DNA of 64,000 nucleotides, taken from positions 220,057 to 284,056 of the forward strand of contig CALSCP010000945.1 in the NCBI GenBank assembly GCA_943704425.1, in the 5' to 3' direction. The number at the start of each line of letters is the position of its first letter. The first letter of the stretch is position 1. The notes beneath the pieces were generated by a model, which was not told the DNA's origin, did no database searches, and saw nothing but the letters and a program-made list of their open reading frames with translations. Positions 13,607-32,400 of this stretch are shown here, one piece after another. Both the position numbers and the translations under genes were made by a program. The DNA is from Ministeria vibrans ATCC 50519 (lineage: Eukaryota; Protista; Filasterea).

Positions 13607-14105
13607 ATGTCGAGTGAATCGATGCAGTCGACCCCCAAGGGTATGTCAAGTGCCAGCTCGGTTGTGAGTTTTCGCAGGAAAAAGCCTCGTTTTCAGGGCG
13701 AGATTCTGTGCAAGACATCCAACACCTTCTCGTCATGGAGACACCGCTGGCTCTACATCGACGGCTGCGAAGGATGCATCGTGAACAAAAAGGGCGACAA
13801 AGTAAGGGGCAGCTGTGCCAATGGCGTGCCGGTGTCAAAAAATAAAATAAAATATAAAAATCTGCCGTTCGCTCACGTGAACGCCCCCGCCCACCTGGCC
13901 CACGCCGTCCACTGACACCTTGCCTGTGTTTGTGTAGTCGTCGGGCTACATCATCGCATTGCCGTCGGCCAAACTCGATTTCTTACCACAGAAAAACCAA
14001 ATCGACATTCGACTGCCGGTCAAATTGCACGCAACAAAGGTTCGCGATTGATGCACTAGCCACCGCGCCCCATTCGTCGCTGTGCTGATGTGAATCTGCA
14101 CATGC

Positions 14106-14172
<67 letters not shown>

Positions 14173-17100
14173 TGTGTGTGTGTGTGTGTGGCGCGCGCTC
14201 GTCAGCTCACCCTCCTCTGCTCTCTGTGTAGTACTACATTCGCGTCAAGTCCGCCAACGAGTTTCAGTGTTGGATGACTGTCTTGAAGCGCGCGCAAACA
14301 TACAAAGAAGTGCGCCGCGACTCTGGTAGGGATTCCTTATCATCTCCACTGTCTCAAGAAGGAGACAGAAAAGTAGAGGAGTCTAACACTCATATATTGT
14401 GCGTGTAACGCTAGGGAGTGTGGTAGACAAGACGACCGTGCTCGAGGGTTCGCTCGACGACGCCCCTACAACTGCCGATCTGATGCGCGGCCAGGGAAGG
14501 TCGCCTGAGAACAGCGAACTTGACGAGGACTCGGACGATGAGTCGGTCTGGGACGACCGTGTCGGTGCTGGTACACACACACACACAAAAAAAAAACATT
14601 AATTTTTTATTTGTGTACTCAGACGACTTGCCTGGAACTGAGCGGGACGAACAGATCGCGCAGCGAATGGAAACGTTGGTGAAGCAAATGTTACACATGA
14701 CAGCAGAAATGATGGCAGACACATCAATGAGCATCGCTCAGCAACGACGCGTAGCAGAGCTCAACGGCACAACGGCAGACCTCAAAGTCGCCATGTTGGG
14801 TATTCAAAGCCTCTTTCTTTCTCTCCGTCGTTTGTACGTCGTTCTGACTGTTGTTTGGTTTGTTTGGTTGTGTGTGTAGATTACACTGAGTCGCTTGAGA
14901 TGAAGGCCAATCTGTGGTACCGTCGGTGCACACAGCAGACGCGACGCAGACAGACCATGGAGGTATACTGTGCGACTGAAACCTCACTCATCCTGTGCTG
15001 ACTCTGTATGTTTCTTTTTTTTTCTCTCTCTCTCTTTCTATTTTTCTTTGTGATTAGGCGACGGTCAACAATCTGGCGACAGAGCAGCATCGACTGGAAA
15101 TTAAGAGCAAATGGGCGGCAGAGGGTCTCACCCAGGCAGAAATCGAACACAAACTCACTGGTACACACACACACACACACAGCACAGTCACTCATGTCTG
15201 CCCCTCTCTCGTTGTGTTTTATTTTGCAGAGGGCGACTCTGACTCGGAAGACATCTACTACGATGCAATGGAGCCGCGCAAGTCGCTTTTTGAATCCGGG
15301 TCTGACGGTTACTCCTCTCCAAAACCCATTGCTCGGTACTTTTTTTTTCTCTTGTTCTTGTTTTTCTTCTTCTCTCTCACACACTCTTTTGTTTGTTTAG
15401 GCGCACTCACCTTCCTGCTGACAGGTCGCAGAATAAGTTCAGTGTGTGGAAACTACTCAAAGTACGCAAAGTGACGAACACTGAAGACGTTTTGAACATA
15501 CGATATAAATTATACTCTAGGACAACATTGGAAAAGACCTGTCGAAGATTGCAATGCCGGTTGTGCTGAACGAGCCACTGAGTGCACTGCAGCGCTTCAG
15601 CGAAGATCTGGAGTACTCACACCTGCTGGATCTGGCATGCGAGACGGAAGACCCAGCACTGCGCATTGCGTACGACGCGCGTGCACACGACTTTAAACTC
15701 ACATCCACTCAATTTATCCGGGGGTTTTCTCTTTATCTGTTCCAGGTACGTTGCTGTGTTTGCAATTGCGAGCAATGGGAGCACTGTGGGGCGACTGGGA
15801 AAGCCATTCAACCCGCTCTTGGGCGAAACCTTTGAGCTTCTGATGCCCGAGCTGGGATTCAGAGCCATCAGCGAACAGGTTTGACTATCAGACTCACTTT
15901 TCACCGACACCGGCGAATGTTAATGGTCGTTTTGTGTCTTGCAATTTCAAACATTGGTTCAGGTGAGCCATCATCCGCCAATTTCAGCGCACTTCGCAGA
16001 GGGGCAGAACGGCTGGCAGTGGTGGAAGCAAGTGCAGGTCAAGAACAAGTTCAGGGGGAAGGACATGGACGTCTTTCCGGCGGGACACAGGTACGAAATA
16101 AGAGCTAAAGGGGCTGCGATAGAGGCATCACTGATTTTTTTTTATACTTACTCTATAATGCCAGCCATGTGCGTCTGAAAGCGTTTGACAACGAGCACTA
16201 TACATGGGAGAAGAACACCACTACCGTCGTCAATGTCATTGTGGGCACAATGTGGATCGACAATGTACATCTCGTGCGCTCTTTCCTTGTTCTATTCTTA
16301 CTCCATCTTCTTTGTTTCTAGTCGGGTGAAATTCGAGTGCAAAACCACCAGAATGGGTTTTACTGCATCATCAAAATGAAGCGCTACTCATACTTTGCAA
16401 AGGTACCAACGCAAATCACATCTCAAAGGTTTCCATGCTGAAGCAACATAATATTAATGAAGACGAGTGTGGGGCGCGTGGAGGCAACAGTGTACTCTCC
16501 ATCAGGGCAGGAGTGCTACGTCGTCGACGGCAAGTGGACCGATGCGCTTTACCTGCGACGCGCCGGCGATGCGGAGGAGGCGGGTCGCTGCGTGTGGAAG
16601 CGCAACGAGCTCCCGGTGTCCACCGACCGCCAGTTCAACTTCACATCCTTTGCCATGATGCTCAATGAGGTAAATAACACACACACGCACATACACAAGA
16701 TAAATTGTGATTGTTTTTTTTCGTTCATCCACTAAAATCAATTCTTGTATTCTTGTGGTGTGTGAAGGCTGTTCCGGGCATGAAGAGTGGGGTGGTTGCG
16801 CCGACCGACTCGCGTCTGCGTCCCGACCAGCGATTCTTTGAAGGGGGCGATCTGGTCGCAGCGCAGAAGGAGAAGAGTCGGCTCGAGGAGAAGCAGCGTG
16901 CGGCCCGTCGCATGCGCGAGGCTAACGGTACGCCCATCTCACTTTGGTGTTTTGCTTTCTTTTCTCTCTTTCTTTTCTCGTTCTCTCGGTTTTGTTTCAA
17001 CACGCACTCTTTCTTATTCTTCCTCTTTTGTGCGGTACACATTTCTGTTCCCTTTCAGGCGAGGTACTATGACATGAAAACGTCTCTTTTTTTATCTGAC

Positions 17101-17244
17101 ACAATTATTTAGGAGTTTTCGCCGCGCTGGTTCAGAATGGTGGAAGACGATGATTTGAGCGGACAGCCCACGTGGGTGACCAAGGGAGATTACTTTGACC
17201 ATCGCATGGGGCAGGACTGGCAGGACTGTCTTGACATTTTCTGA
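13607..17244 (+). CDS. Oxysterol-binding protein-related protein (PH domain, FFAT-like motif, ORD), multi-exon
   Basis: [79 protein letters not shown]-like EDIYYDAME; N-terminal PH-like exons. Confidence 0.9.
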
Positions 17245-17285
17245 CGTGTACCGGACCGCACTTGCACAGTACACAGACTGCACAA

Positions 17286-17922
17286 TCATTTCTTACACAC
17301 TCGCAACTTGAGCCATTGAAGAATCGCTTGCTCGCCTGTCGTGTCACTCATTTTTAGCATACTGCATTCGACTATATGCAAGGGTCGATTGGTGGAGAGT
17401 TCGTCAAGGCGCAGCAGTTGACGACATTGTGCCAGTCCATCACTGTCGCATACATCACTATAATAATAATAATAATAACAGTTAGAATCGCCTCACTCGT
17501 CTTTTGATTTTCACTCGTACGCCTTGTTCAGGACCACCAGCAAGGGGTTTGCGTCAGCCTCCTTGTTCTCCAGCAGCGCCCACAGCTCCGTCGCCGCACT
17601 TGCCGTCTGCGACCCGTTGCTTGCGTCGACCACGAACACCACAGCGACACAATCTCCATAGTAATCTCGCCACACAGGCGCCATACAGCCCCCCAGCTCT
17701 TGAAGAGTCACGCCAACATCGCCTAGCACGTCCGCGTACTCCACTCCAATGGTCGGAAACAGCGCGGGTGGCCAGACGGCGTCCGCTTGAAATGGGTCGC
17801 CTAAACAGTTTGTGTAATGCGCTTTTTTTGGTGAGAAAAATTTCCACCTTACCTCTCAAGCGTCTGAGTAAAACACTCTTTCCAACACCCACGGGCCCTA
17901 TAACAACCACTTGGTCCATCAT
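17286..17922 (-). CDS. ARL16: ADP-ribosylation factor-like GTPase 16
   Basis: P-loop GPVGVGKS and ARL16-typical ELGGCMAPVW..YY, VFVVDASN, LVVLNK; C-terminal ILQWL. Confidence 0.85.
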
Positions 17923-18207
17923 CCTAGTTGAAAAAAAGTGACAGGACAGAGATTGAGAGTCAAACTGACTGATAGTTTCAAAATGAGAAAAAGACAAATC
18001 GTTCGATTGGCCGTCATTGCCGCGAGGGTTGACTTAGTTTATTCAGTTAAGCGTTAACAAGGGGTTAATCAAGCTACACTCGTTTCACCATAATTATTGT
18101 AGTATTTACACTCAGTTACTTAGTTTGATATTAATTTTTTACTCCCAATAGGCAATAATAAATAATAATTAATATTATTATAATATTATTATTATTATAT
18201 ATTGAGA

Positions 18208-22959
<4,752 letters not shown>

Positions 22960-23161
22960 TAATAATATTTTAGTTATCTTTATCAAGGAGCAAGCCTCTT
23001 TTCGTTGTTGCTTGTTTCAAGAAGACGAAGTTTTATTCGATAGTGGGTTAAATTAAGCTAAAATTTTATTGTTCAGGATGCGGAACAAAAGTAGACGAAA
23101 AGGCAAACAAACATAAACACACAACGCGACAAAGAGGGAGTAGAGAGAACCAACTTGGGAA

Positions 23162-25336
23162 TCATCGCGAAGTGCGCTGTTGTGCAAGAGTGAGCTGAAG
23201 GGCAGCAAGTGAGTAGCGTTCGTGACGGTGACGGGCGAGCATGTCACGGTGAGCCGACGCGTAGTGCTGAACGAGCGTCGCAATGCGCTCGTCGACGGAC
23301 GAAAACGAGTTGACCTGTGGCAGTGTGTCACTTGGAAGCGACTGGTGTTGTGGTCTCATGGGCTGCACCTCTGAGCGGCTCAGGGCAATGAGACGTGCAC
23401 AGTCGCGTTCTTTCGCTTCTAGCAGTTGCGACAGTTCGCTGCGTTGTCTAGAGAGAGTACTATTGTTACAAGAGCCCTGACTGAGATGGAAGTTTGATAC
23501 CGTTCTCCGAGCTGCTCTTGGGCAGTAGGCGCAGGAGTGTGGTAGCTGATGGGTGCGTAGTCACACGCTGACACGGCGCTTGGAGCAGACGACTATGAAG
23601 AACAAACAAGAAAGGGCTGTGAATGGACACGCGCGCGATTTGTGTGTTAATTTTGTTTGGCACGACGTACTTCTTTGAGTTGGAACAGACTCAAAGCACA
23701 TTCGCGTTCTGAGGCAGTAAACTGCAAAGAAATGAAAAGATTTAGAGAGCTTTTTTTTTTGGGGAGTCGTGGTTTCAGTATACTCTCGTGGGAAACGGAG
23801 GAAGATCGAAAGTGTCGTCTTCGTCTTCGGTCATGTCGGAAGAAGGAGCCGTAGGGGCAGTGGCAGCAGCAGTAGCAGCAGCAACAGTAGCAGCAGCAGA
23901 AACAACAGCAGAAGCAGCAGTAGTAGTAGTGGTCGTAGAGGTGGCCGTGGATGACGAGACAGGGGTCCAGGGAGTGGGATTGAAGGAGAGAGACGGAGCG
24001 GGTGGTTTGCGACTGACAGGTGCGGATGTGGTGGAGGGCGCAGAAGGTGCTGACGTGGATGGCGCATTGAGGTCGCGGGTTCTCACACGGGACACTTTGG
24101 CAGGTTTGATGGACTGTGTTTTGACGGGGCTCAACGAGCGCTGTTCTTCCAAGGGCTTTTGCGGCGAAGAAAGCGCTGACAGCGAAAGTGGTTCGCCGTT
24201 GGAGAACATGGCAAGAATGTGCGAGATGTTTTTGTTTGCGGCGACATCGCAGGGCGTTTTCCCGGCTTTGTTGCGCGCCATGGGATTTGCACCGTGTTTG
24301 AGAAGGAGACGCACAATGTTGAGGTGACCGTTGACCGCGGCGTCGTGCAAGGGAGTGTCCTTGCCGAGTCCCAGAGCATTCACGTCGGCGCCTCGAGCCA
24401 CCAGACACCGAGCAATCTCAAAGTAGCCGTGATTCGATGCCTCGTGAAGCGAGGTCCAGCCTGCGTAATCCTTGGCGTTGACATCTGCGCCCGCCTCGAT
24501 GAGTTCTTCGACGCGTTCGAGATCGCCTTCGATGGCGGCCACCTTGTATGTGTTTTTTTGTGGTGAATGAGGAGGGAAGGGGTATTAGTCGATGAGACAG
24601 GGGAAACGGGGGATGTTTGTACCTGGAGAGGCGATTCGCCGCGACCGTTTTTGCTGTTGACCTTGACCGGCTTAGCTTTGGCCTTGAGTTTCTCGTCTAG
24701 TTTCGCTAGCAACGCCAGTTGCTGACGTTCGGTGAGGGCTGCGGGAACGACGTGCCCCGGTGCATCTGCAAGCATGCGTGCAGCCTCGTCCAGCATGGTT
24801 TCGTCGGCGCCGCGGCGTGCTCGTTTGGAGGCGGGCGTGGACGAAGAGCGCGCTGATGATGCTGATGCTGATGCTGATGCTGATGCTGATGCTGAGGTTG
24901 ATGTCGACTGTTTCGGTGGCTCAGTCTGCTTATTGGCGTCGCTGGACTCGCTGGCGGCGGCGCCCGTAAAGTCAAGCTTCCTTTTTAGCGACTGCGAGAC
25001 AAGGGAGGAGTCAGAGGAGGCGGCGCTGGCTGTTTTGGGCAGTTGCGCCTTGGACGTTTTTCGGGGCGGCCCGCGCGGCTCCAACGGATCCTGCTGGGGC
25101 TCGCTGGGCGGGTCTGGGGCGCTCTCGGACGGATGGGAGGAGGAAAGACTCGGGGACTGCCCGTTGGCGGCCGTCGGCTGGGCCGGTGGGGGCGACAGAG
25201 AGAGCGAGCGGTCCATGAACGACGTCGAGTCGGAAACGGCCGTTGACTTTTTCGCCAGAGACGCCGCGACGGGCGTCTGGTCAGCCGTCGGCGCCATGGC
25301 CATCAGCGTGTCGCCTTGGAAACCCTGCTCACTCAT
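23162..25336 (-). CDS. ANKRD11/ANKRD12-like ankyrin repeat protein, multi-exon
   Basis: LTERQQLALL motif, then KVNSKNGRGESPLQ..AAIEGD..GADVNAKDYAGWTSLHEA..DTPLHDAAVNGH. Spliced C-terminal exons end in DMLARHRHERYSLAALQ, resembling the ANKRD11/12 C-terminal helix. Confidence 0.75.
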
Positions 25337-25691
25337 CAGGGGCACGGATTGCTGACTTTTTTTTTCTTCTCGTTTTCAATTTTGGCGCCCAAACGATTGG
25401 AAAAAAAAATTAATTGAGATTTGAGTTGAATAAAAAAATGATGTAAAAATTAAAAAGCGGAAATCGCAACGAATGATTGAATCGTCGGACTTGAGACAGT
25501 AAAAAATTGTAGACGATTATTATTGTAGAACTAAGAAGTGAGAACAGTGAGTTGGAACACTAGAATGTAGAATGGAGAAACTATTCGAATTTCGATCAAT
25601 TTTTGTAGTGAAGATCGCTCATCGCTCTCTCTTAATACTGCTGCTACTTGATCATTTGCAGACTGTACTCACTGTGGTGGCATTGTAAGCC

Positions 25692-26422
25692 ATGGAAGAC
25701 GCTTTTGGAGACGAGGTATGATTGCAGCGGCGTTGCGTTGGCAACCGCGTGTGGTGCTGTTCCGCTGTCTTTTGAGGTGTGTCCACCTTCGCCAGAGCCC
25801 GGTGCATTGTTGTGTATCTGCATGCTATGGATTTGAGAGGAGGAACGAAAGGCGGAGAGAGAGAAATGGAAAAGGTTTGCACAATTTGAGACTTTTCGTG
25901 TTCCTTTCTTGCGCCCCTCGTACTATAGACGGCGTTTGTGACGGAAGAAGTCAACGTGATAGTGAAAGAGGTAAGAAGGCGCTGGTCAGGGAGCGACGGG
26001 GTGACTCGAGTTGATCTATGTGTGCGCATGCGGTGGTTGCCTAGACGATTGAAGGCGCACTGGGCACACAGCACTACCAGCAGGCGAAGATTGGACAGTG
26101 GACAAACACCGTTGTCGAGCAGTGCTTGAAGAAGCTTACTGCACTGGGGAAGCCCTTTAAATACGTGGGTAAGGAGCAGGAAGAGGAGGAGAAGGAGGAG
26201 GCGAGCGACCTCTGATGTTTTCTTAGTGACCACCACTATAATGCAAAAGAACGGTGCCGGATTGCACACGGCAAGTTCGTGTCACTGGGACAACTCGACG
26301 GACGGTACATGAAAGTCACTCGAAGACCAATTGTAGTCACTGTTTTTGCAGGGAGTTGTTCGGTGCGATGGGAAAACAAAACGATGCATTGTGTCACGAG
26401 TGTGTATGGTCTTGCGATTTGA
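25692..26422 (+). CDS. DYNLT1: Dynein light chain Tctex-type (5 exons)
   Basis: Spliced product [29 protein letters not shown]...[60 protein letters not shown]. Not present in the ORF track as a single ORF. Confidence 0.92.
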
Positions 26423-26797
26423 ACGGTGTTCCGCCACGCGACTGCGCCACCGCCTTCTTCTTGACTCAACCTTGAACTGTATGATAAAAAGAAAATGAAA
26501 TTGGTTTCATTTCCATTGCGTTGTCGATGCGGTGGGGGACGGATGCAGTTAGTGCGTGCAGATGAGGTGAGGCGGTGCGGAAGATGGCGGGAGACGACGA
26601 GAAGAATGCTCTACTAGTACAGTAGTCAGTAGTAGACTAGTAGTAAGTTATTTGTTAGTCACCCACAGGGCACGCATGTATTAGTGCTTTGTCTCGTACC
26701 AAGCCAGGACATCTTTCCAATCTGAACCAAAATAAATGTTGATTGAAAAGTTCCGAATATATTAAAACTAATTATATTTATTATTGCAGCTCTTCAC

Positions 26798-29308
26798 ATG
26801 CCTTCGATCAAGAGAGGCGTGCGAAACGGCACGCCCTTTGTGGTGGTGCCTGAAGGCAATTTTATTCCGGTGCCGTTGTACAAGCTGATCCACACTCTGG
26901 TCAACAAGGGACTGTCGGTACGGGCCACTCCGCGCGCCGTTTGCTGCTCACTCGTCGCCCATGGCGGTGTGTTTGTCTCTTTTTTTGTTGTGCGGGTGGG
27001 CGTGCAGGACGACAAGGAGCGTCGGTTGTTTCTGGATTTTGCGCGTCGTCTCGAAAGTGTTTACCGGAACCGCTGGTACGACGAGTACAAGTCGCTAAAG
27101 CGGTCCTTCTCGCTCTTCTCCCCACACCTGGAGGTACGTTGATTGGTGTTGTCTGTTTGGGTTGCGTCAGGCCCGCATGGCTGCGTCCCTGATGCCCGTG
27201 GGCCGGGCCAACACGCCCCGCTTGGGTGGCGCCGTGTCCCAGCCGAACACACCGCAACTGCCGCTGTGCCGTTGGGCCGCTGCGGGTCCGTACACCCGGT
27301 GGCGATGGTGTGCTTTGGTGTGGAGCGCATGCGACACCATGCAAACCGTCTTCTTCTTTTCTGTGTTGTGTCTTGTGTTAATGTGTGTTTTCTGCCTTCT
27401 GCGCATCTCTCAGGGTCGCGACTTGTTGGACCTGAAGGATGCCACCATCGATGCCGAGGAGGATGCCTTTCTTGACAAGTTTCACCAAATGATGTTGCGC
27501 GGCAACTACCTCATGCTATCGCAGTCAGAGTACGACATGGCCATGGAGGAAGGTACTCATTAATAATAAAGATGACGATTATTATGCTCCAATCATAATA
27601 ATAATTTTTTGTACGATATTTATTTCGATAGATTACATGTTCAATGTACGAGCGACCGTCAAGTGGAACAAACTGGATTCATCTTTATTTTCTCGCTTTC
27701 TCGAGAGACACGAAGGAGAGGTGCGCACTCATACCACACCCACTCACAACAACGTATTAGACAATAAAATAATATGTATTTTGTGCTTTTTTTTGGTTCT
27801 TTTGTAGTTGTCCGAGTTGGGCCCGGGAGGAGCAGCATCGATTCTGAAGCACTCGCTAATCTACCATCGGGGTGTTGGGTGTGATCGTGTGACGGCGCCC
27901 ATGATGATGGAGAAGATTGATATGATGTTCTATCGTGCGCAAGAGGCACTCTCGAGCATTGTACGTCTCGCTCTCTCACCCAGTTCCTATCTTTGTCTCT
28001 GTGTTTCTCATGGGGGTTCTTTTTCTTTTAGATGTTCTTTTGGCGAAAACGAGAGAGCCAGACGCCGGAAGAGCTTCGTCTTGCGGCGGAAGCGGCAGCC
28101 GCGGCGGACGAGGGCCATGTGCAGGTGGTGGAGCGACGCAATGTGCGGTCGCTGTTGTCGCTGGGCAACCTGCTGCGACCGCTGCGCATGCAAGAGCCGA
28201 CCTTCAAACAGATTATCATTTTGTATCGGCCTGTGGAGCCTCTGATAACGCAGAAGAACGCGTCGCTGCTCAAGACGACGGGAGTGGTAAGCCATGCGGA
28301 CCAGAACCGGCGACGCGTGGCGCGCCGGCCAATCTACATCAAGAGCTTTGTTGACGTGCCCATGGCCGACATGGAGATGGTGCTGCCCGAGAAGGAGATC
28401 CAAATGAACCCCGTCGACCTCATTAAGCTTGTCGTTGCCCTACTCGGCGCCTTTATCGCCGTCTACGTCAAGTTGACGGGCGACATGGACGACTCGGAGC
28501 AGAATGAGAACGCCGCCTTTGCCACTCTTGCGCTCATGGTCTCGTATGTCGTCAAGCTGGTGCTGCAGTTTAACACTCAGAACCAGAAGTATAATCTCAT
28601 GGTCACGCAGAGCATTTACAAGAAGAGCCTAGACAACCACGATGGCGTCATGCTCTATCTTGTCGACTCGGTCCTCGAACAGGAACTCAAAGTAACCCAC
28701 ACTTGCACTATATGAGCAGGTATCTCACACACTTTCTCTCACCTTGTATTACTTGTTTCTCTATCACTTTGTTTCTCTATCACTTTGTTTCACTATCACT
28801 TTGTTCCTCTATCACTTTGTCTCTCTATCACTTTGTCTCTCTATCACTTGTTTCTCTCTCTCTGCATGTGTGTGCTAGGAGTCCCTTTTAGCATACTTCT
28901 TTTTGTGGCGTGAAGGACCCAAGACTATGGAGGAACTTGATGAGATTTGTGAGTCATTTCTACGCAGCGAGTGTGACGAAAAGGTCGATTTTGAGGTGAG
29001 TTTAGAGATTGTGAGCGAGAGAAAGAAACAATAATTAAATTATTGTGAAGGGGAGAGAGGAGGGAGAAAGACACAAAACAATATTAATCAACAGAATGAA
29101 TGTCTGAGATGTTAAATGGGCGCTTATTTTGCGAATGTAGGTTGATGATGCACTTGAAAAGTTGCAGCGCGATGGGTTTGTCAAGTATGTGCACGGAAAA
29201 GTGCGGAGTGTGCCAATCACAATGGCCATTCAGCAGCTGGACACCATTTGGGCGGGAGTGCACACGACCAAGAGTGCCCCTTGTCCGTACTGTCTGCATT
29301 TGAAGTGA
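26798..29308 (+). CDS. TMEM143 / DUF3754 family membrane protein, multi-exon
   Basis: FIPV..KL, IYIKSFVDVPMADMEMVLPEK, two TM helices, KSLDNHDGV..LVDSVLEQELKESLLAYFFL, VDFEVDDALEKL. Confidence 0.8.
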
Positions 29309-29336
29309 GACGGAGAGAGATAGGTCATAGGAGGGG

Positions 29337-29371
<35 letters not shown>

Positions 29372-29446
29372 GGCGTGTGGTAATGAACTGAGCGAAAGTT
29401 TGAACGAAAAAGAAAGGGGGAATGTGTACAGACAGAGTGATTGTAA

Positions 29447-32400
29447 TTAGTCCTTCTCAACCAACTCCATTTCGTGAGCCAACTGCTCAATGGTGAGGGG
29501 TGCAGGAGTGGGGTTGAGTGGGAGCAGTGCAGTGCCATTGGGCGTGACGGTGCCGTGGCGGGGCTCGCGCGGGCGCGGCGGAAGCACGTGAATCAGCTCA
29601 AGCAGATTTCGCATGCGAACCACGCGTGTGAACAAATGTATTTTCCTATGTGTGTAAGAAAGTGTGTTTGTGAGCTCTAGGGCAGCGGCATGGACAAACA
29701 GAAAACAGAGGAAGGTGTGTTGTGATCGTCTGTTTGTCGTGTATCCTTCTAACCTGGCTTTGGGTCCAAGAACACGCCAAATCTCCAAATTTCTGTGCCA
29801 CTGAATCACACTTAGCCCAAAGTCATGCACAGCTTCAATCTACAAACACAATATAAGACTAACAGAGAAAGGAAGAAAAAAATATAGAGGCAGAGAGAGG
29901 GAGAAAGAAAGAAAGAGAGAGAGAGAGAAAGAGAGAAACAAAGTGATACAGAGAGATACAAAGTGATAGAGAGAGAGGGAGAGAAACAAAGTGATAGAGA
30001 GAGAGAAAGAGAGAAAAAAACAGGTGATAGAAAACAGGTGATAGAAACAGGTGGTAGAGATAATCTTACAACTTGCCAATGCTTCCATAGTCCCATGTTG
30101 ATATTTCTTTTTGTGCCATAGTGTTGCCACAGTTCCAGACAGCGCACTTCACTCTACATGCAATGCAACATGATAAGTATGAACTGCTGTGAATTGCCCT
30201 GTTTTATTGTGTCGACGTACAGTGCACTTTGCGACGCCCATGTGAAATTCAAAGCGTGGATCCGCAATTGCAGCCTGAATCATAAGTAGGAAGATATTAA
30301 GTGAGATAGGGGCTGAGTAAGCGAGCGACTGAATGACTGAGTTTTTTTCTTCTTTTCTTATGGGTGGTTTCTCATTGTTTTTCAAGCGTGTACCTCTTCA
30401 AAATCAATCACTGCTGACAAATGTCCTGTTGAATTGAGCAGTACATTTTGCGCGTGCAAATCGCGATGCACTAAAACGCCCTCAAGTTTCTATCATGCGT
30501 TTCTATATCAGTTTTCCATCTCTCGATAAAAATAACTAGAGTCGCCTTACCGGAACTGTTCCGTTTTTGATGAATGCCGTTGCAACTTTTCGCGCACTCT
30601 CAAATGCTCCAAATTTGGTTTCGTCAGACCACTGTTTCCAACGACCCATTAAGGTGTCAAGATCACCCTAAGCATACAGAAGAAGGTACTGTCCAGTTAG
30701 CATCACACGAAACAAGAGAGCAGAAGTTGAGCACAGTACCTTTGGAAGAATATTCTCAGGATCAGAGCCAGTCATATTAATCCTAAATGAGTAGGGAGAG
30801 TGGTGAGTGAGTGACGCAAAGTAAAATAATAATAATTATAATTATTATTATTATTATTGTGTGTGCATTGTCTCAGCGCTTACGAGTGTAGTGCTAGCAT
30901 AGCATCCACTGCCATCTCAGACACGTGACATCGCGTCCGATCGTGTCGATCAACCCTATACAAAACACGATATGTTAATAATAATCATGTGTGGTTATTG
31001 AAATTTTTGTTTATTTCAAACCATTCTTTGTCGGAGTCTAACACTTCCAACAGAGCAAAAAAACTTTTGACTGATTCCAATCGCTCATCTTTTTTGCGCT
31101 GTCTCCTAATTGATCAACATAAAATTAGTTGCTTTCGTTTCTTTTCATCCCTCTCATACATTATATAGCCATTTTTGTAGACTTTCGGAACGCGAATCAC
31201 ATTCGCATTACGAACAATTTGCAGCGCTCTAAAAAAAAAAAAACAAAAGAAATACAGTGAGATTTGTTTTCGGGTTCATTTTTTTCGTGTTTTTTTTTGG
31301 CGCACTTCATTTCGATTTCACCCATTGAGCGTTGAAGGAATCCCTCCCAGAGAGAGACATGGCCGTTCCAGATGCGTAGAATGACGCGCGGGGCGGGCGG
31401 GAATCCACTGACACGCAAAAGAACCACTTCTTGCTGGTACGATCCTATATCCCCGCCAAAGAGGGTTAAGGTTGTGACTTTCGATTTTTCTTTCGTGTTC
31501 CTTTTTACCAAGATTTTTCACCGCTGTGATTTGTGCTTTTGAGTGGCGAAAGAACCATTCGTGGATTTCTCGTGGGACATGAGAAAGAGGAAGATTGCGG
31601 TCATAATTACCGGCACGAAGAACAAAGTCAGGAGCGGGATTGGGACGGATAATAGGATTGGGCGCGAGAGGGAGAGGAGCGTCGCTAGTGGTTGGGGAGT
31701 GGTGGTGGTTGGGAGTGAGCCAGGCGAGATGTTGTTGTGGTGGTGGTCGTAGCTGTGGTGGCGATGGTGGGGTGAAGTTGCTGTGCTGGGGGGCAGACAG
31801 GAGTGAAGGGACGGTGAGGAGAAGAAGAAGCGAGACCACGAGCAGCGCGAAGGGGCTCCTGTTGCCGGCTGGTGCGCTGGCCGAGGGGCTGCGCCGCATG
31901 CGCAGAAGCGGAAGCAGATACAGATCCACCAGAACCACAATCGCCACTATGGCATATTATTAATTGTTTGGAGTGTTTGTGTGAGTATATTGATGCTTGA
32001 GACTGGATAATTATGTGTACCGAACGACTGGACGAAAGAAGAGTGCAACGGACCGTAAAGGGCACAAAATGTGGCAATGAGGAGCGTCAGTAGAACGAAA
32101 GCGGATTGAGGAAGCTCAAGCGACACAAATCGCTATGAAAAAAAAAACACACGATGATTCGTTTGGTTTGGTAGTTTGATTGACTTACCATTGTGACTCG
32201 AGCAAAAGTCCACGAACAAGAAAGGACAATGAGTGGAAGGGAAGCTAAACTCGCAAGGAGGTACGCTAAAGAGAGACGGGTCGAACAGGTTTAATTGATC
32301 ATTATTATTTGTAGGGTTGAGGGTATTATTAGACTAAGAGTTGGGGGTAAGAGTCTCCTGTATCATTAGGCGTAGAGATATTTGTCCTAGACTATACCGA

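Noticed and set aside
14108-14190. (GT)n/(CA)n/(GA)n tracts (also about 36576-36657, 45142-45232, 63918-64000) and the CVCV/ERER ORFs they generate
   Set aside because: Ordinary microsatellites, intronic where the context is visible; not coding.
30669-30690. In-frame TAG (YLLLYA*GD) in the APH region, suggesting stop-codon recoding
   Set aside because: That TAG is itself a phase-compatible 3' splice site. Other genes here end in TAA, TAG and TGA normally, so there is no evidence for an altered code.
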